In this document: positions 1 through 7,721 of the stretch, piece after piece
Layout: every line of letters starts with the position of its first letter
Numbering within the stretch: position 1 is the first letter of the stretch
IMG/VR virus record: IMGVR_UViG_3300008807_000172
Location: 1-48,555 of that record
Direction: 5' to 3' (one strand)
Length of the DNA: 48,555 bases
From: a virus
The notes under the pieces: generated by a model
Seen by the model: the letters and a program-made list of their open reading frames with translations, nothing else
Told to the model about the DNA's origin: nothing
Databases searched by the model: none
Made by a program: the position numbers and the translations under genes

Positions 1-99
1 CCAGATCAGCGCGCACTCCGTCGAGCCAACCATAGCCAGCCTTTCCCGCAACCTGCTCTCCCATGACGACAGGGGGCCGGCAGGCACGGATGAGGCGAA
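1..99. repeat. 99-bp terminal direct repeat, copy 1 (circularisation overlap)
   Basis: Read base by base: identical to 48457-48555. Confidence 0.95.
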
Positions 100-406
100 G
101 GAAGTCGGGCCACAGATGCCGTTCGTCGTCGACACCTCCGCCTTTGCCCGCGACCGAGAACGGCTGGCACGGGCAGGAGCCGGTCCAGAGGGGGCGGTCG
201 TCGGGCCATCCGGCCAGTCGAGCAGCGTAGGACCATCCGCCGATCCCGGCGAAGAAGTGACATTGGGTGAAGCCTCGCAGGTCATCGGCCTGCACCTCCT
301 TGATTGAGCGTTCGTCGACCACGCCGTCGGCGATGTGCCCGGCCCTGATCAGTTCGCGGAGCCAGGCCGCGGCGAAGGGGTCGATTTCGTTGTACCAGGC
401 GGCCAT
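1..406 (-). CDS. DNA (cytosine-5)-methyltransferase, N-terminal part; continues over the junction into 47567..48456
   Basis: Own translation from ATG 406: MAAWYNEIDPFAAAWLRELI, CHFFAGIGGW (motif I), SCPCQPFSVAG (motif IV), PPVVMGEQV (motif VI); ATGA overlap with upstream stop. Confidence 0.85.
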   Translation of the reverse strand, partial: MAAWYNEIDPFAAAWLRELIRAGHIADGVVDERSIKEVQADDLRGFTQCHFFAGIGGWSYAARLAGWPDDRPLWTGSCPCQPFSVAGKGGGVDDERHLWPDFLRLIRACRPPVVMGEQVAGKAGYGWLDGVRADL

Positions 407-1335
407 CAGACAGGACCTCCGTCGGTCCAGCTGCTGCCATCCGCCATCGCGTACACCACGCCCCCGTCGACCAGATCGACCTGCTCACCGGCGATCAGGC
501 TCGGGAGGAAGCGGTGATCGGCACAGCCGGCGCGCTGGTCCTCAACGGTCAGGTCGCCCGTGTGGTCGGGATGGGCGCACGACCAGCGCGCCTCGCCGTC
601 CAGGTGGGCGGTCGCGTTCAGGCAGGTGCGGCAGTTGCGCTGCGGCTCGCCCTTGACCGTCGCGCACCCGTACCCGGCCTTGAGCAGCCACGCCGGGCAG
701 TTGCACGTCGGCGCATGGTCGCTGGTGACGATCCGCTCGGCCTTGACCATGAGAGCGGCGGCGAAGGCGGGGTCGTACTCGACCCGCTCGCTGTAGATTT
801 CGGAGTCGTTTTTGTTCAGCGCAAGATAAAGCGCTCGCGTCAGCGCCCGGTGGTGCATGTACGCCTGCATCTGTGCGTAGTGCATGGGCTTGTGCTCGGC
901 CACGCCCAGCCGTTTGAGGGCGGTGAAGCTCTTGTGGTTGTGGGTCTTGCACTCCAGCAGGTGCCGCGTCTTCGGCGCCTCGGGCACGCCCTCGATCTCG
1001 CCGTCCGTGTGCCCGCCACCGTGGCCGCCGGCGAAGGTGATCCGGTATTGATTGCCGGTGGCCGGATCGACCGCATCGACGTGCATCCCGGCCCGACGCA
1101 GGTCTTCGACCAGGCGGTCCTCCTCGACATTACCGGTCTCGAACAGGCGCAGCATGCGGCCGTCGTGGCGCTCGGGCTCATGGGCCCAGCGGAAGCTGAG
1201 CCAGAGGGAGCGTTCACAAGGGTCGCCCAGCACGGAGGCGCCCAGGTAGGTGCGCGGCGTGCGGTCGGCGGCGTCCTCCCAGCCGCGCCAGATGGCGGCG
1301 ACGGTCTGGGATTCGGTTTGGGGGAGGGCGACCAT
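406..1335 (-). CDS. PD-(D/E)XK family nuclease (YqaJ/Cas4-like phage exonuclease)
   Basis: Start moved to internal ATG 1335 (TAATG overlap with upstream gene); GGHTDGEIEG...LLECKTHN D-E-K signature; C-terminal Cys cluster (CNCP..CATV..CRTC..CAH..CADH). Confidence 0.6.
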   Translation of the reverse strand: MVALPQTESQTVAAIWRGWEDAADRTPRTYLGASVLGDPCERSLWLSFRWAHEPERHDGRMLRLFETGNVEEDRLVEDLRRAGMHVDAVDPATGNQYRITFAGGHGGGHTDGEIEGVPEAPKTRHLLECKTHNHKSFTALKRLGVAEHKPMHYAQMQAYMHHRALTRALYLALNKNDSEIYSERVEYDPAFAAALMVKAERIVTSDHAPTCNCPAWLLKAGYGCATVKGEPQRNCRTCLNATAHLDGEARWSCAHPDHTGDLTVEDQRAGCADHRFLPSLIAGEQVDLVDGGVVYAMADGSSWTDGGPV

Positions 1336-1541
1336 TAGGCGACCTCCCCAATCGGCGCGAACTCGACCTGATCCAGCGTCACGAAGCCGTAGTCCTCGGG
1401 GCCGCCGATTTCCCAGCCGCACGGGCAGGAGTAGTCCCCACGCAGATAGAGGCCGACGCCGACATCCACGTTTTCGCACTCGGCCACACCGCCACACGCC
1501 GGGCATTCCATCTGGTCGGCACCGTAGTTGGAGCCGCCCAT
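1335..1541 (-). CDS. Small zinc-ribbon-like protein
   Basis: 68 aa from ATG 1541 (ATGA overlap); MECPACGG...CPCGW Cys pairs. Confidence 0.5.
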   Translation of the reverse strand: MGGSNYGADQMECPACGGVAECENVDVGVGLYLRGDYSCPCGWEIGGPEDYGFVTLDQVEFAPIGEVA

Positions 1542-1726
1542 CAGACGCACTCCCCCCGGAACAAAGCCGCGATCCGCGTGTTGACGTCGTAGAGGTGCGA
1601 GCGCGCCGCGATCGGGCAGCCGGCGCGGTACTGCTGCTCGGCCTTCTCGATGTCGCCCATCATGGCCTCGCACTCGGCGAGTTCGTGGGCGTACGGCCCA
1701 TTGTCAGGGCGCAGGTCTTCCTTCAT
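1541..1726 (-). CDS. Hypothetical small protein (61 aa)
   Basis: ATG 1726 preceded by GGAAAGAG; coupled ATGA to next gene; upstream part of the 105-aa track ORF looks non-coding. Confidence 0.45.
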   Translation of the reverse strand: MKEDLRPDNGPYAHELAECEAMMGDIEKAEQQYRAGCPIAARSHLYDVNTRIAALFRGECV

Positions 1727-1775
1727 CGTCAGGTCTCTTTCCTGCGATGCTCTTTCGAGCGTTGATGGGTAAGGA

Positions 1776-1813
1776 GCCGGGCGGGCGCGTTGCGGAACGT
1801 GGGCCCGCCCGGC
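1776..1813 (-). other. Perfect 11-bp stem hairpin between DUF669 gene and downstream small ORFs
   Basis: GCCGGGCGGGC (1776-1786) pairs with GCCCGCCCGGC (1803-1813); no T-tract follows. Confidence 0.5.
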
Positions 1814-1820
1814 GGAGTCG

Positions 1821-2288
1821 TCAGGCGGCCTGGGTCTGGTTCCAGGGGCCGGTCGCACCGGCCGCCTGAGTCGTGGTCGACGACGCCGTGACGCCGGCGC
1901 CCAGCGGCTTGTTGCCCTTGACCACGTTCTTGTCGCGGTACTGGCCGTCGCCCTTCTCGATGCCGAGGTTGACGATCATCGGCTTGAAGTGGAGCACGTC
2001 GCTGTCGGTGATCGGGCCGAGGCCGAGGGCCGCGGTGACGCGCTTCAGTTCGCGCTCGGCGATGGACTGCGCCTGGGCGTTCGGGTTCACGATGTTCAGG
2101 CCCTGCCAGAACTGGCGCTTGGCGAACGGGCCGTCGGTGACCTCGTAAGTCAGGGTCAGGCGCTGGCCGTCGCCGGCCTTGGTCGGAACCAGTTCGCTGT
2201 CGATGATCTGGGCCTTGTAGTCACCGGCCGGCAGAACGTCGTCGTCCTGCACGGTCGAGGGGTCGAAAGTCTTGCCGAGTGCGGCCAT
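1821..2288 (-). CDS. DUF669-like protein (ssDNA-binding partner of Sak4-type recombinases)
   Basis: VLPAGDYKAQIIDSELVPTKAGDGQRLTLTYEVTDGPFAKRQFWQGLNIVNPN pattern typical of DUF669; sits next to the AAA_24 ATPase. Confidence 0.65.
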   Translation of the reverse strand: MAALGKTFDPSTVQDDDVLPAGDYKAQIIDSELVPTKAGDGQRLTLTYEVTDGPFAKRQFWQGLNIVNPNAQAQSIAERELKRVTAALGLGPITDSDVLHFKPMIVNLGIEKGDGQYRDKNVVKGNKPLGAGVTASSTTTQAAGATGPWNQTQAA

Positions 2289-2302
2289 GTCTGCGCCCTC
2301 CT

Positions 2303-3085
2303 TCAGGCGGCTTGCTGCGCGGCCGGATTGACCGCTTGGGGGAAGTACGGAGCGAGGGCGGCATAGCCCTGCCCCTTCTCGAACAGCAGCTTGTCGGGCA
2401 TGCCGTAGCGATTCTTGGCGTTGAACGCGGCCGAGGGCGTGCAGTAGACGTAGCGGGCCACGCCGGCGCCGATGTTCCGCTTCTTGTTGAAGCCCTGCTC
2501 CTCCTTGAGGAGGGTGACGTCCTGCTTGATCAGGAGGATGGCGTCGACCTCGCGGTCCACCATCGCCTTGCCGCCCTTGTGCAGGTCGATCTCGTAGCGG
2601 CTGTAGGACTGGCTGGTCGGGTCGTCGAACCGGGTCGTCTCGCAGTGGGCGATCAGCACCACGGTCATGGCGCGGTCCCGGCGCAAGGCGTTCACGCCGT
2701 CCAGGAATTCCTGCCAGACATACTCGGCGGCGACGTAACCCTTGCCGTACCCGGCGTCCTCGATGGACTTCCAGTTGTTGCGACTGCAGGTCTCGGCCCA
2801 GATCAGCTTCTCGAGCTCGGACAGACTGTCGATGACGACGGTGCGCCGGTCATGCTCCTCGCTGTAGAGCGCGCCCATGGCGCCGATGACGTCGCCGAAG
2901 GTGCGGATGTGGCCGAAGCTGACCAACTCCAGGTCGCCGGGCGTGCCGTCCTCGATCTGGATGAACACCGGCGCCGGGAACTCGGCGGCCAAGCTGGTCT
3001 TGCCCATGCCGGGCGGGCCGTAGATGACAAGGCGCGGGGCCTTGTCGGATTTGCGGGACTTCATGTCCGCCAGACTGATGGCCAT
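2303..3085 (-). CDS. Sak4-like RecA-fold ATPase (AAA_24 family)
   Basis: ATG 3085 (ATGA overlap); Walker A VIYGPPGMGKTS; VVIDSLSELE Walker B-like. Confidence 0.75.
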   Translation of the reverse strand: MAISLADMKSRKSDKAPRLVIYGPPGMGKTSLAAEFPAPVFIQIEDGTPGDLELVSFGHIRTFGDVIGAMGALYSEEHDRRTVVIDSLSELEKLIWAETCSRNNWKSIEDAGYGKGYVAAEYVWQEFLDGVNALRRDRAMTVVLIAHCETTRFDDPTSQSYSRYEIDLHKGGKAMVDREVDAILLIKQDVTLLKEEQGFNKKRNIGAGVARYVYCTPSAAFNAKNRYGMPDKLLFEKGQGYAALAPYFPQAVNPAAQQAA

Positions 3086-3549
3086 CAGGCCGCCTCCTTT
3101 TCGATCGGTGGCATGAGGAACCAACTGCCGCCGCCACCGTCGGCCGACAGTCGAAAACAGAAGTCGTGGTCCTTGGCTTTCAGGACGGCCACGCGGATCA
3201 GCCCGTCGCGGACCTCGCCCCAGCACATCGTGATGCCGACCACATGCCGGTCGTCGTCGATGACCTTGGCCTTGACGAGCAGGTCCAGCGTCGCCTTGGC
3301 GCGGTTGTCCAGGTCCGCCAGCGGGCCCTGCGGCGCCACCTTCATGCAGACCAGAACCTTGCCCGGCACGTGGTCCCAGGTCTGGTGACGCAGGCTCAGA
3401 TAGCCGGACGCGAACCAGTCCTTGTACTGTTTGGTCTTGACCCGGCCGACGCCCCGCACGTTCGAGTACAGGCCATTGACCGACGGCGGCACCGGCAGCG
3501 TCACCACCGCCATCTCGCCGCTGGGTCGTGGAATGCCCCCCCGAGCCAT
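3085..3549 (-). CDS. rusA: RusA-family Holliday junction resolvase
   Basis: LPVPPSVNGLYSNV...KQYKDW...DLDNRAKATLDLL...VIDDD motifs; alternative start at Met13 (3513). Confidence 0.75.
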   Translation of the reverse strand: MARGGIPRPSGEMAVVTLPVPPSVNGLYSNVRGVGRVKTKQYKDWFASGYLSLRHQTWDHVPGKVLVCMKVAPQGPLADLDNRAKATLDLLVKAKVIDDDRHVVGITMCWGEVRDGLIRVAVLKAKDHDFCFRLSADGGGGSWFLMPPIEKEAA

Positions 3550-3550
3550 C

Positions 3551-3748
3551 TCAGGCGGCCTTCGGTTTGAGCAGATCGGCCGGCGCGATGGCGCCGTTGC
3601 TCCACTCGCAGATCTTGATGGCCAGCTCCAGGGTCGGCGTGCGCGTGCCGAGGCGCATCTGGGTGACGTAGGCCCGGCTCACGCCCAGCACCCCGGCCAC
3701 TTGCTTGTCGCTGACCCCCCGGTCCTTCATGTGCTCTGAAAGCGTCAT
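3551..3748 (-). CDS. Cro-like HTH regulator (first gene of leftward early operon)
   Basis: 65 aa from ATG 3748; VSDKQVAGVLGVSRAYVTQMRLG HTH; divergent from CI-like gene. Confidence 0.6.
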   Translation of the reverse strand: MTLSEHMKDRGVSDKQVAGVLGVSRAYVTQMRLGTRTPTLELAIKICEWSNGAIAPADLLKPKAA

Positions 3749-3757
3749 GGGGGAAAG

Positions 3758-3772
3758 GTAGCAGGGTGCTAC
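3758..3772. promoter_or_regulatory. Operator, inverted repeat GTAGCAGGGTGCTAC
   Basis: Perfect GTAGC-N5-GCTAC palindrome in CI/Cro intergenic region. Confidence 0.65.
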
Positions 3773-3773
3773 A

Positions 3774-3802
3774 TTGACACAAGCCCCAAAGATGTAGCTA
3801 AT
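3774..3802 (+). promoter_or_regulatory. Putative rightward promoter for CI-like gene
   Basis: TTGACA (3774-3779), 17-nt spacer, GCTAAT (3797-3802). Confidence 0.45.
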
Positions 3803-3808
3803 GGCTAC
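3794..3808. promoter_or_regulatory. Operator, inverted repeat GTAGCTAATGGCTAC
   Basis: Second GTAGC-N5-GCTAC palindrome, overlaps candidate -10 elements of both divergent promoters. Confidence 0.65.
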
Positions 3809-3849
3809 ACACTGTCGCACGCAATGTGGGCATACTGAAGGAGGTTGAA

Positions 3850-4194
3850 ATGACGCACCGGATAATCGAAATGGCCAAGGCCAACTTTCGTCGGCGGCAC
3901 TTTATAAAGGCGTGGCGCAAGCACCGCGGCTACACCCAGGAGAAGCTGGCCGAGATGATCAGCATCTCCCGGCCCTACCTGGCGCAGATCGAATCCGGCG
4001 CCCGCGACTACAGCCAGGATCTCCTCGAGGCCCTGTCCGAGGCGCTGCGGTGCGAGCCGGCCGACTTGATCATGCGCGACCCGTCGCAACAGGAACTGCT
4101 CTGGACCATCTACGACCAGCTCACGCCGGTGCAGCGCGAGCAGTTCATCGAGATGGCCACGCCCATCGCCCAGACGCTCAAAAAGCGCGCCTGA
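3850..4194 (+). CDS. CI-like XRE-family repressor (no peptidase domain)
   Basis: ATG 3850 with AAGGAGG 6 nt upstream; YTQEKLAEMISISRPYLAQIESG HTH. Confidence 0.7.
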   Translation: MTHRIIEMAKANFRRRHFIKAWRKHRGYTQEKLAEMISISRPYLAQIESGARDYSQDLLEALSEALRCEPADLIMRDPSQQELLWTIYDQLTPVQREQFIEMATPIAQTLKKRA

Positions 4195-4232
4195 TTCTTC
4201 CACGCCGCTGATTCGATAAGCCGCCACCACTC

Positions 4233-4256
4233 GGTGCGCGGCCGTCTTCGCGCACC
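4233..4256 (+). terminator. Hairpin after CI-like gene (weak T-tract)
   Basis: GGTGCGCG (4233-4240) / CGCGCACC (4249-4256), 8-nt loop. Confidence 0.4.
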
Positions 4257-4282
4257 TGGATTCTGCAAGGTGTAAACGCGAC

Positions 4283-4297
4283 GTTGCAAATAGCGAC
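4283..4297. promoter_or_regulatory. Operator-family site GTTGCAAATAGCGAC
   Basis: GTNGC-N5-GCNAC pattern upstream of TTGACA 4306-4311. Confidence 0.55.
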
Positions 4298-4305
4298 TCC
4301 CCCTG

Positions 4306-4334
4306 TTGACACGACGTAGCAAATAGCTACTGTT
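4306..4334 (+). promoter_or_regulatory. Putative promoter of QueD/DpdA operon
   Basis: TTGACA at 4306-4311; GCTACTGT region about 17 nt downstream; flanked by two operator-family sites. Confidence 0.45.
4316..4330. promoter_or_regulatory. Operator, inverted repeat GTAGCAAATAGCTAC
   Basis: Perfect GTAGC-N5-GCTAC palindrome overlapping the -10 region. Confidence 0.6.
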
Positions 4335-4518
4335 GGCGACAAAGGGGAAGACACATGACCACAACCAACCAACCCCCACATACCGCACAGACCGAAGGGC
4401 GGGAGGAACCCCTCGCCCGCCGCCCTGGAGCCCACCCAATGAGGGAGGGAAATCAGAACTTGAACGGAACAGAGTGCGCGGGCGGCGCTTCGCGTCCGCC
4501 GGAGCAGGCGGTCGTGCA

Positions 4519-4845
4519 ATGAGCGACATTCCCGCCCAAAGCCAGATCGAGGCCCTGACCGGCGTAGGCTGGACCTTCTGCGCCTCCCATCGAGACCCGA
4601 TCAGGCAAGAGCTTCACGGCCATTCCTACGAGGTTATCGCATGGTTCAAGGCCGGGCCCGACGCCCTGGTCCTGCAAGCCAAGCTGCGCATGGCGCTGGA
4701 GGCGTTCGATCACAAGACCTTGCCGGATGAACTGACCCGCGCGGAGGCTCTGGCCGGCGCCCTGATGCACTTGCTCGAAGCCGAGGGCGTGGAGGTCAAC
4801 CGGCCCCTGGAGCGGCTGTATGCCAAGGTGGGGCAGTGCGCGTGA
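4519..4845 (+). CDS. queD: QueD / 6-pyruvoyl-tetrahydropterin synthase-like protein (short, 108 aa)
   Basis: ATG 4519; FCASHRDPIRQELHGHSYEVIAWF matches the C..H...HGH.Y signature. Confidence 0.55.
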   Translation: MSDIPAQSQIEALTGVGWTFCASHRDPIRQELHGHSYEVIAWFKAGPDALVLQAKLRMALEAFDHKTLPDELTRAEALAGALMHLLEAEGVEVNRPLERLYAKVGQCA

Positions 4846-5531
4846 TCCATTACCACGGCACCCCGATAACCCCGACCGCCGTTATGCTGACGCTCGCCGG
4901 CAAGTGCTTCTGCGTGTCTCACATGCGGCCCGATCAGGTGCGTCTCTGTCACGAGATCGGCCAGTCAGTCATGCTGGACAACGGCGCCTTCAGCAAATGG
5001 AAGTCCGGCAAGGAAACCGACTGGCACGCCTATTACGCCTGGGCGGACGAGTGGCTTCACTACCCGACCACCTGGGCGGTGATCCCCGACGTGATCGACG
5101 CTGGCTCTCAGGAACAGGACGCCCTCATTCGGGAATGGCCGTTCGGCGAGAAGGGGGCACCAGTGTGGCACATGGATGAACCGATCCACCGCGCCCTGCG
5201 CCTTTTGGACGAACACCACCGCGTCTGTTTCGGCTCTACTGCTGAATATGCCGCGATCCTGTCGGATGCCTGGGTCGGTCGCATGGACCGGGTGTGGAAC
5301 GAGATCGCCAAGCGGCACCGCACCCCCACCGTCCACATGCTTCGTGGAATGCAGCTCAGCGGGCGGGAGTGGCCCTTTGCCTCGGTGGACAGCACCGACG
5401 TAGCCCAGAACCATAACCGTCCTCAGAACACGGCGCGCGCCATGGCCGACCGCTGGGACGCCGCTCAATGCCCGCCGGTCTGGGTCGGCCGTGCGTCTCA
5501 ACAAGACCTCTACGACAGCGAGGCCGCCTGA
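4836..5531 (+). CDS. dpdA: DpdA-like tRNA-guanine-transglycosylase-family protein (putative DNA 7-deazaguanine transglycosylase)
   Basis: VIHYHGTP, MLDNGAFS (cf. TGT DSGGFQ), AVIPDVI, FASVDSTD; GTG 4836, or GTG 4842 giving a GTGA overlap with QueD stop. Confidence 0.5.
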   Translation: MRVIHYHGTPITPTAVMLTLAGKCFCVSHMRPDQVRLCHEIGQSVMLDNGAFSKWKSGKETDWHAYYAWADEWLHYPTTWAVIPDVIDAGSQEQDALIREWPFGEKGAPVWHMDEPIHRALRLLDEHHRVCFGSTAEYAAILSDAWVGRMDRVWNEIAKRHRTPTVHMLRGMQLSGREWPFASVDSTDVAQNHNRPQNTARAMADRWDAAQCPPVWVGRASQQDLYDSEAA

Positions 5532-5603
5532 CGTGGCCGACCCGTCAGGGCGGACCACTCTCGAAGCCAGCAACCCCCAGGAACAACCATCAGAGAAGAA
5601 ACC

Positions 5604-5819
5604 ATGAGTGAGAAGACAGAAGGCCAACCTCTAACGGAAAGCGGGTGGAAGGCCACCCTGCTCAACGTGCTCGTCAATTGGCGCTTCAAGGGCATCACCC
5701 AATACACGAGCGGCTACGCGATCAACGTCACCGAACTCCGCCCGCTGGTCGATGCTCTTGCCGAGCGTCTTCTCTCCGCCTCCCCGACGCCCCCGGAAAG
5801 CGGGAAGAGCAATGACTGA
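5604..5819 (+). CDS. Hypothetical protein (71 aa)
   Basis: ATG with purine-rich upstream stretch; overlaps next gene start by 8 nt. Confidence 0.5.
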   Translation: MSEKTEGQPLTESGWKATLLNVLVNWRFKGITQYTSGYAINVTELRPLVDALAERLLSASPTPPESGKSND

Positions 5820-6036
5820 CGAAGAGAAGACCCCTCGGTTGGCTGGAATGTCACCAGAGCGGTACGCGGCGATCCTGTCGAGGCAGGAGCGGGACTGGCC
5901 CAAGCAACGGCAAGGAGCGGCTCAGGGAAACCCCTTCGCCACCCTTTGCCAGCACTGCTGCGGGCGTCACCCGCCGCCGAACGACGAGATTTGCCCGCAT
6001 GAGAGCATCGAACAACTGAAGGCGCGCACCCCATGA
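5812..6036 (+). CDS. Hypothetical Cys-containing protein (74 aa)
   Basis: Internal ATG 5812 of track ORF 5752..6036; CQHCCGRH...CPHE; ATGA coupling to next gene. Confidence 0.5.
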   Translation: MTDEEKTPRLAGMSPERYAAILSRQERDWPKQRQGAAQGNPFATLCQHCCGRHPPPNDEICPHESIEQLKARTP

Positions 6037-6773
6037 CCACCGCCGAACCAACCGATGCCGTGCTCTCGCCCCCGGAAAGCGGGGGGTGGCCGAGTGAGGA
6101 ACAACTGCACTTCGCCGTCAGCACGTTCCTCGCGACTTACAAGGGCAACAACGGCCTCGACGCGATGCGGCAGGCCATCGCCCTGTTCCCGAAAGACAGG
6201 GGGGGGGGATGGCGAGCGGCGCTGGAAACAGCGCAGGCCTACATCGACGAGCTTCCCCACGGCGAGAACTGCTTCCTTCTCAACGACGGTGGCGAGTTCG
6301 ACAGGTGCCGGTGTGGCAAGGACGCTATGGTCCAATACATCGAGGACGTTCTGGTCTTCGACATTACGCCGACGCCAAGTCAAATCCGGATTGACCCGCC
6401 CGCCCCCTCTCAGGAAGGGTGGCGAGACCTGTCCTGTGACGAGCAGAGGGCCTTGGCCGAGCGGATCGCCGGGAACATCGGCTACGTCCTCACGCCTGAG
6501 CCGCCGCACCCTGACAGTCCGCACACCCGTGCTGCCCCCTCTCTGGAAGGGGAAGGGGCTTTGCGGGAGGCGTTGGAAGGTGCGCTGCGCCTGCCGATCA
6601 TCATCGAAGAACAGATGGAGCTTGAGGACTGCGGCGGCGAGGCCGACCGTGAAGACCTCGAACGCTACCGGAAGGACCGCATCGCCATCCTGGCCAGCAT
6701 CCGGTCCGCGCTCTCCGCTCTCTCCACAAAGGAGGGGAAAGAAGAGGCTCTCCAAGGGTCAGAGCAGACCTAA
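6033..6773 (+). CDS. Hypothetical acidic protein (246 aa)
   Basis: Long ORF, translationally coupled; no motif recognised. Confidence 0.55.
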   Translation: MTTAEPTDAVLSPPESGGWPSEEQLHFAVSTFLATYKGNNGLDAMRQAIALFPKDRGGGWRAALETAQAYIDELPHGENCFLLNDGGEFDRCRCGKDAMVQYIEDVLVFDITPTPSQIRIDPPAPSQEGWRDLSCDEQRALAERIAGNIGYVLTPEPPHPDSPHTRAAPSLEGEGALREALEGALRLPIIIEEQMELEDCGGEADREDLERYRKDRIAILASIRSALSALSTKEGKEEALQGSEQT

Positions 6774-6864
6774 ACCATCCACCATATTCAGCGCATTTTA
6801 TCTTGAATGCGTTGGGCGCAAACCCGTTGTTTGCTATACTGTTTGCAGACGAGGACTATAGAAC

Positions 6865-7371
6865 ATGAACGCGATTTCTGCAACTGGATCACGCAGGCTG
6901 CTGGTGTGTGGCGGGCGTGACTTGTCAGACCCCGATCTGGTCTATCAGGCGCTCGACATGGTCCATGAGCGCAAGCCAATCGCCCTAGTGATCCACGGCG
7001 GTGCGCGCGGTGCGGATACGCTGGCCGGCGAATGGGCCGCCCTCCGTCGCATCCCGGTCTGTGTGTTCCCGGCCAACTGGGAACACGACGGAAAGGGGGC
7101 CGGTCCGATCCGCAACGCCGCCATGCTCGCCCACGGCATGCCGTCCGCAGTTGTCGCGTTCCCCGGAGGCAATGGGACGGCGGACATGGTGCGCCGCTGT
7201 CTGGAGGCAGGGCTACCGGTCTGGCAACCGACCCGCCGAGCCGACACCTTCTATGTCATTTTGACCTACGAGGACGAGGGCTTCGCCGAGCTGGCCGCAC
7301 ACGCCGCTCTGAACCCCGGAACGCTGTCTATCGAAGACATCGAAGGCAACGTCCTCTGGAGTCCGCAATGA
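6865..7371 (+). CDS. SLOG-superfamily DUF2493/YpsA-like protein
   Basis: LLVCGGRD...LVIHGGARGADTLAGEWA...GPIRNAAML...FPGGNGTADMV; GAGGAC RBS; AT-richer upstream region. Confidence 0.6.
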   Translation: MNAISATGSRRLLVCGGRDLSDPDLVYQALDMVHERKPIALVIHGGARGADTLAGEWAALRRIPVCVFPANWEHDGKGAGPIRNAAMLAHGMPSAVVAFPGGNGTADMVRRCLEAGLPVWQPTRRADTFYVILTYEDEGFAELAAHAALNPGTLSIEDIEGNVLWSPQ

Positions 7372-7721
7372 CCGACCCCCTCATCCAGGCTTACGCGCGA
7401 ATCATTGATCCACTGGCTTGGGAACTTCACGACGCGGGCGGAAGCACGGCGGCCGAAGCACTCGGCATCTCAACCGAACCTTCCATCTCCAAAGCCCAAG
7501 AGATAGCCCGCCTATCAGGGTGGAGGGAGCCGGAAGGCTGGAAACTCGTGCCGGTGGAAATCACGGACGAGATGGTCGATGACTTCAACGATGAACTGGA
7601 CATCGGCTACGAAGGCGACGTGCCCTGCGTGGACAACATCGAGCATCTTTGGCGCGTCATGTTGAAGGCCGCTCCCCTTCCCCCCGCTCCTGTGTTTTCA
7701 GAGGGGGCCGGGAATGGCTGA
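7368..7721 (+). CDS. Hypothetical protein (117 aa)
   Basis: ATG 7368 in ATGA overlap with SLOG gene stop. Confidence 0.5.
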   Translation: MTDPLIQAYARIIDPLAWELHDAGGSTAAEALGISTEPSISKAQEIARLSGWREPEGWKLVPVEITDEMVDDFNDELDIGYEGDVPCVDNIEHLWRVMLKAAPLPPAPVFSEGAGNG

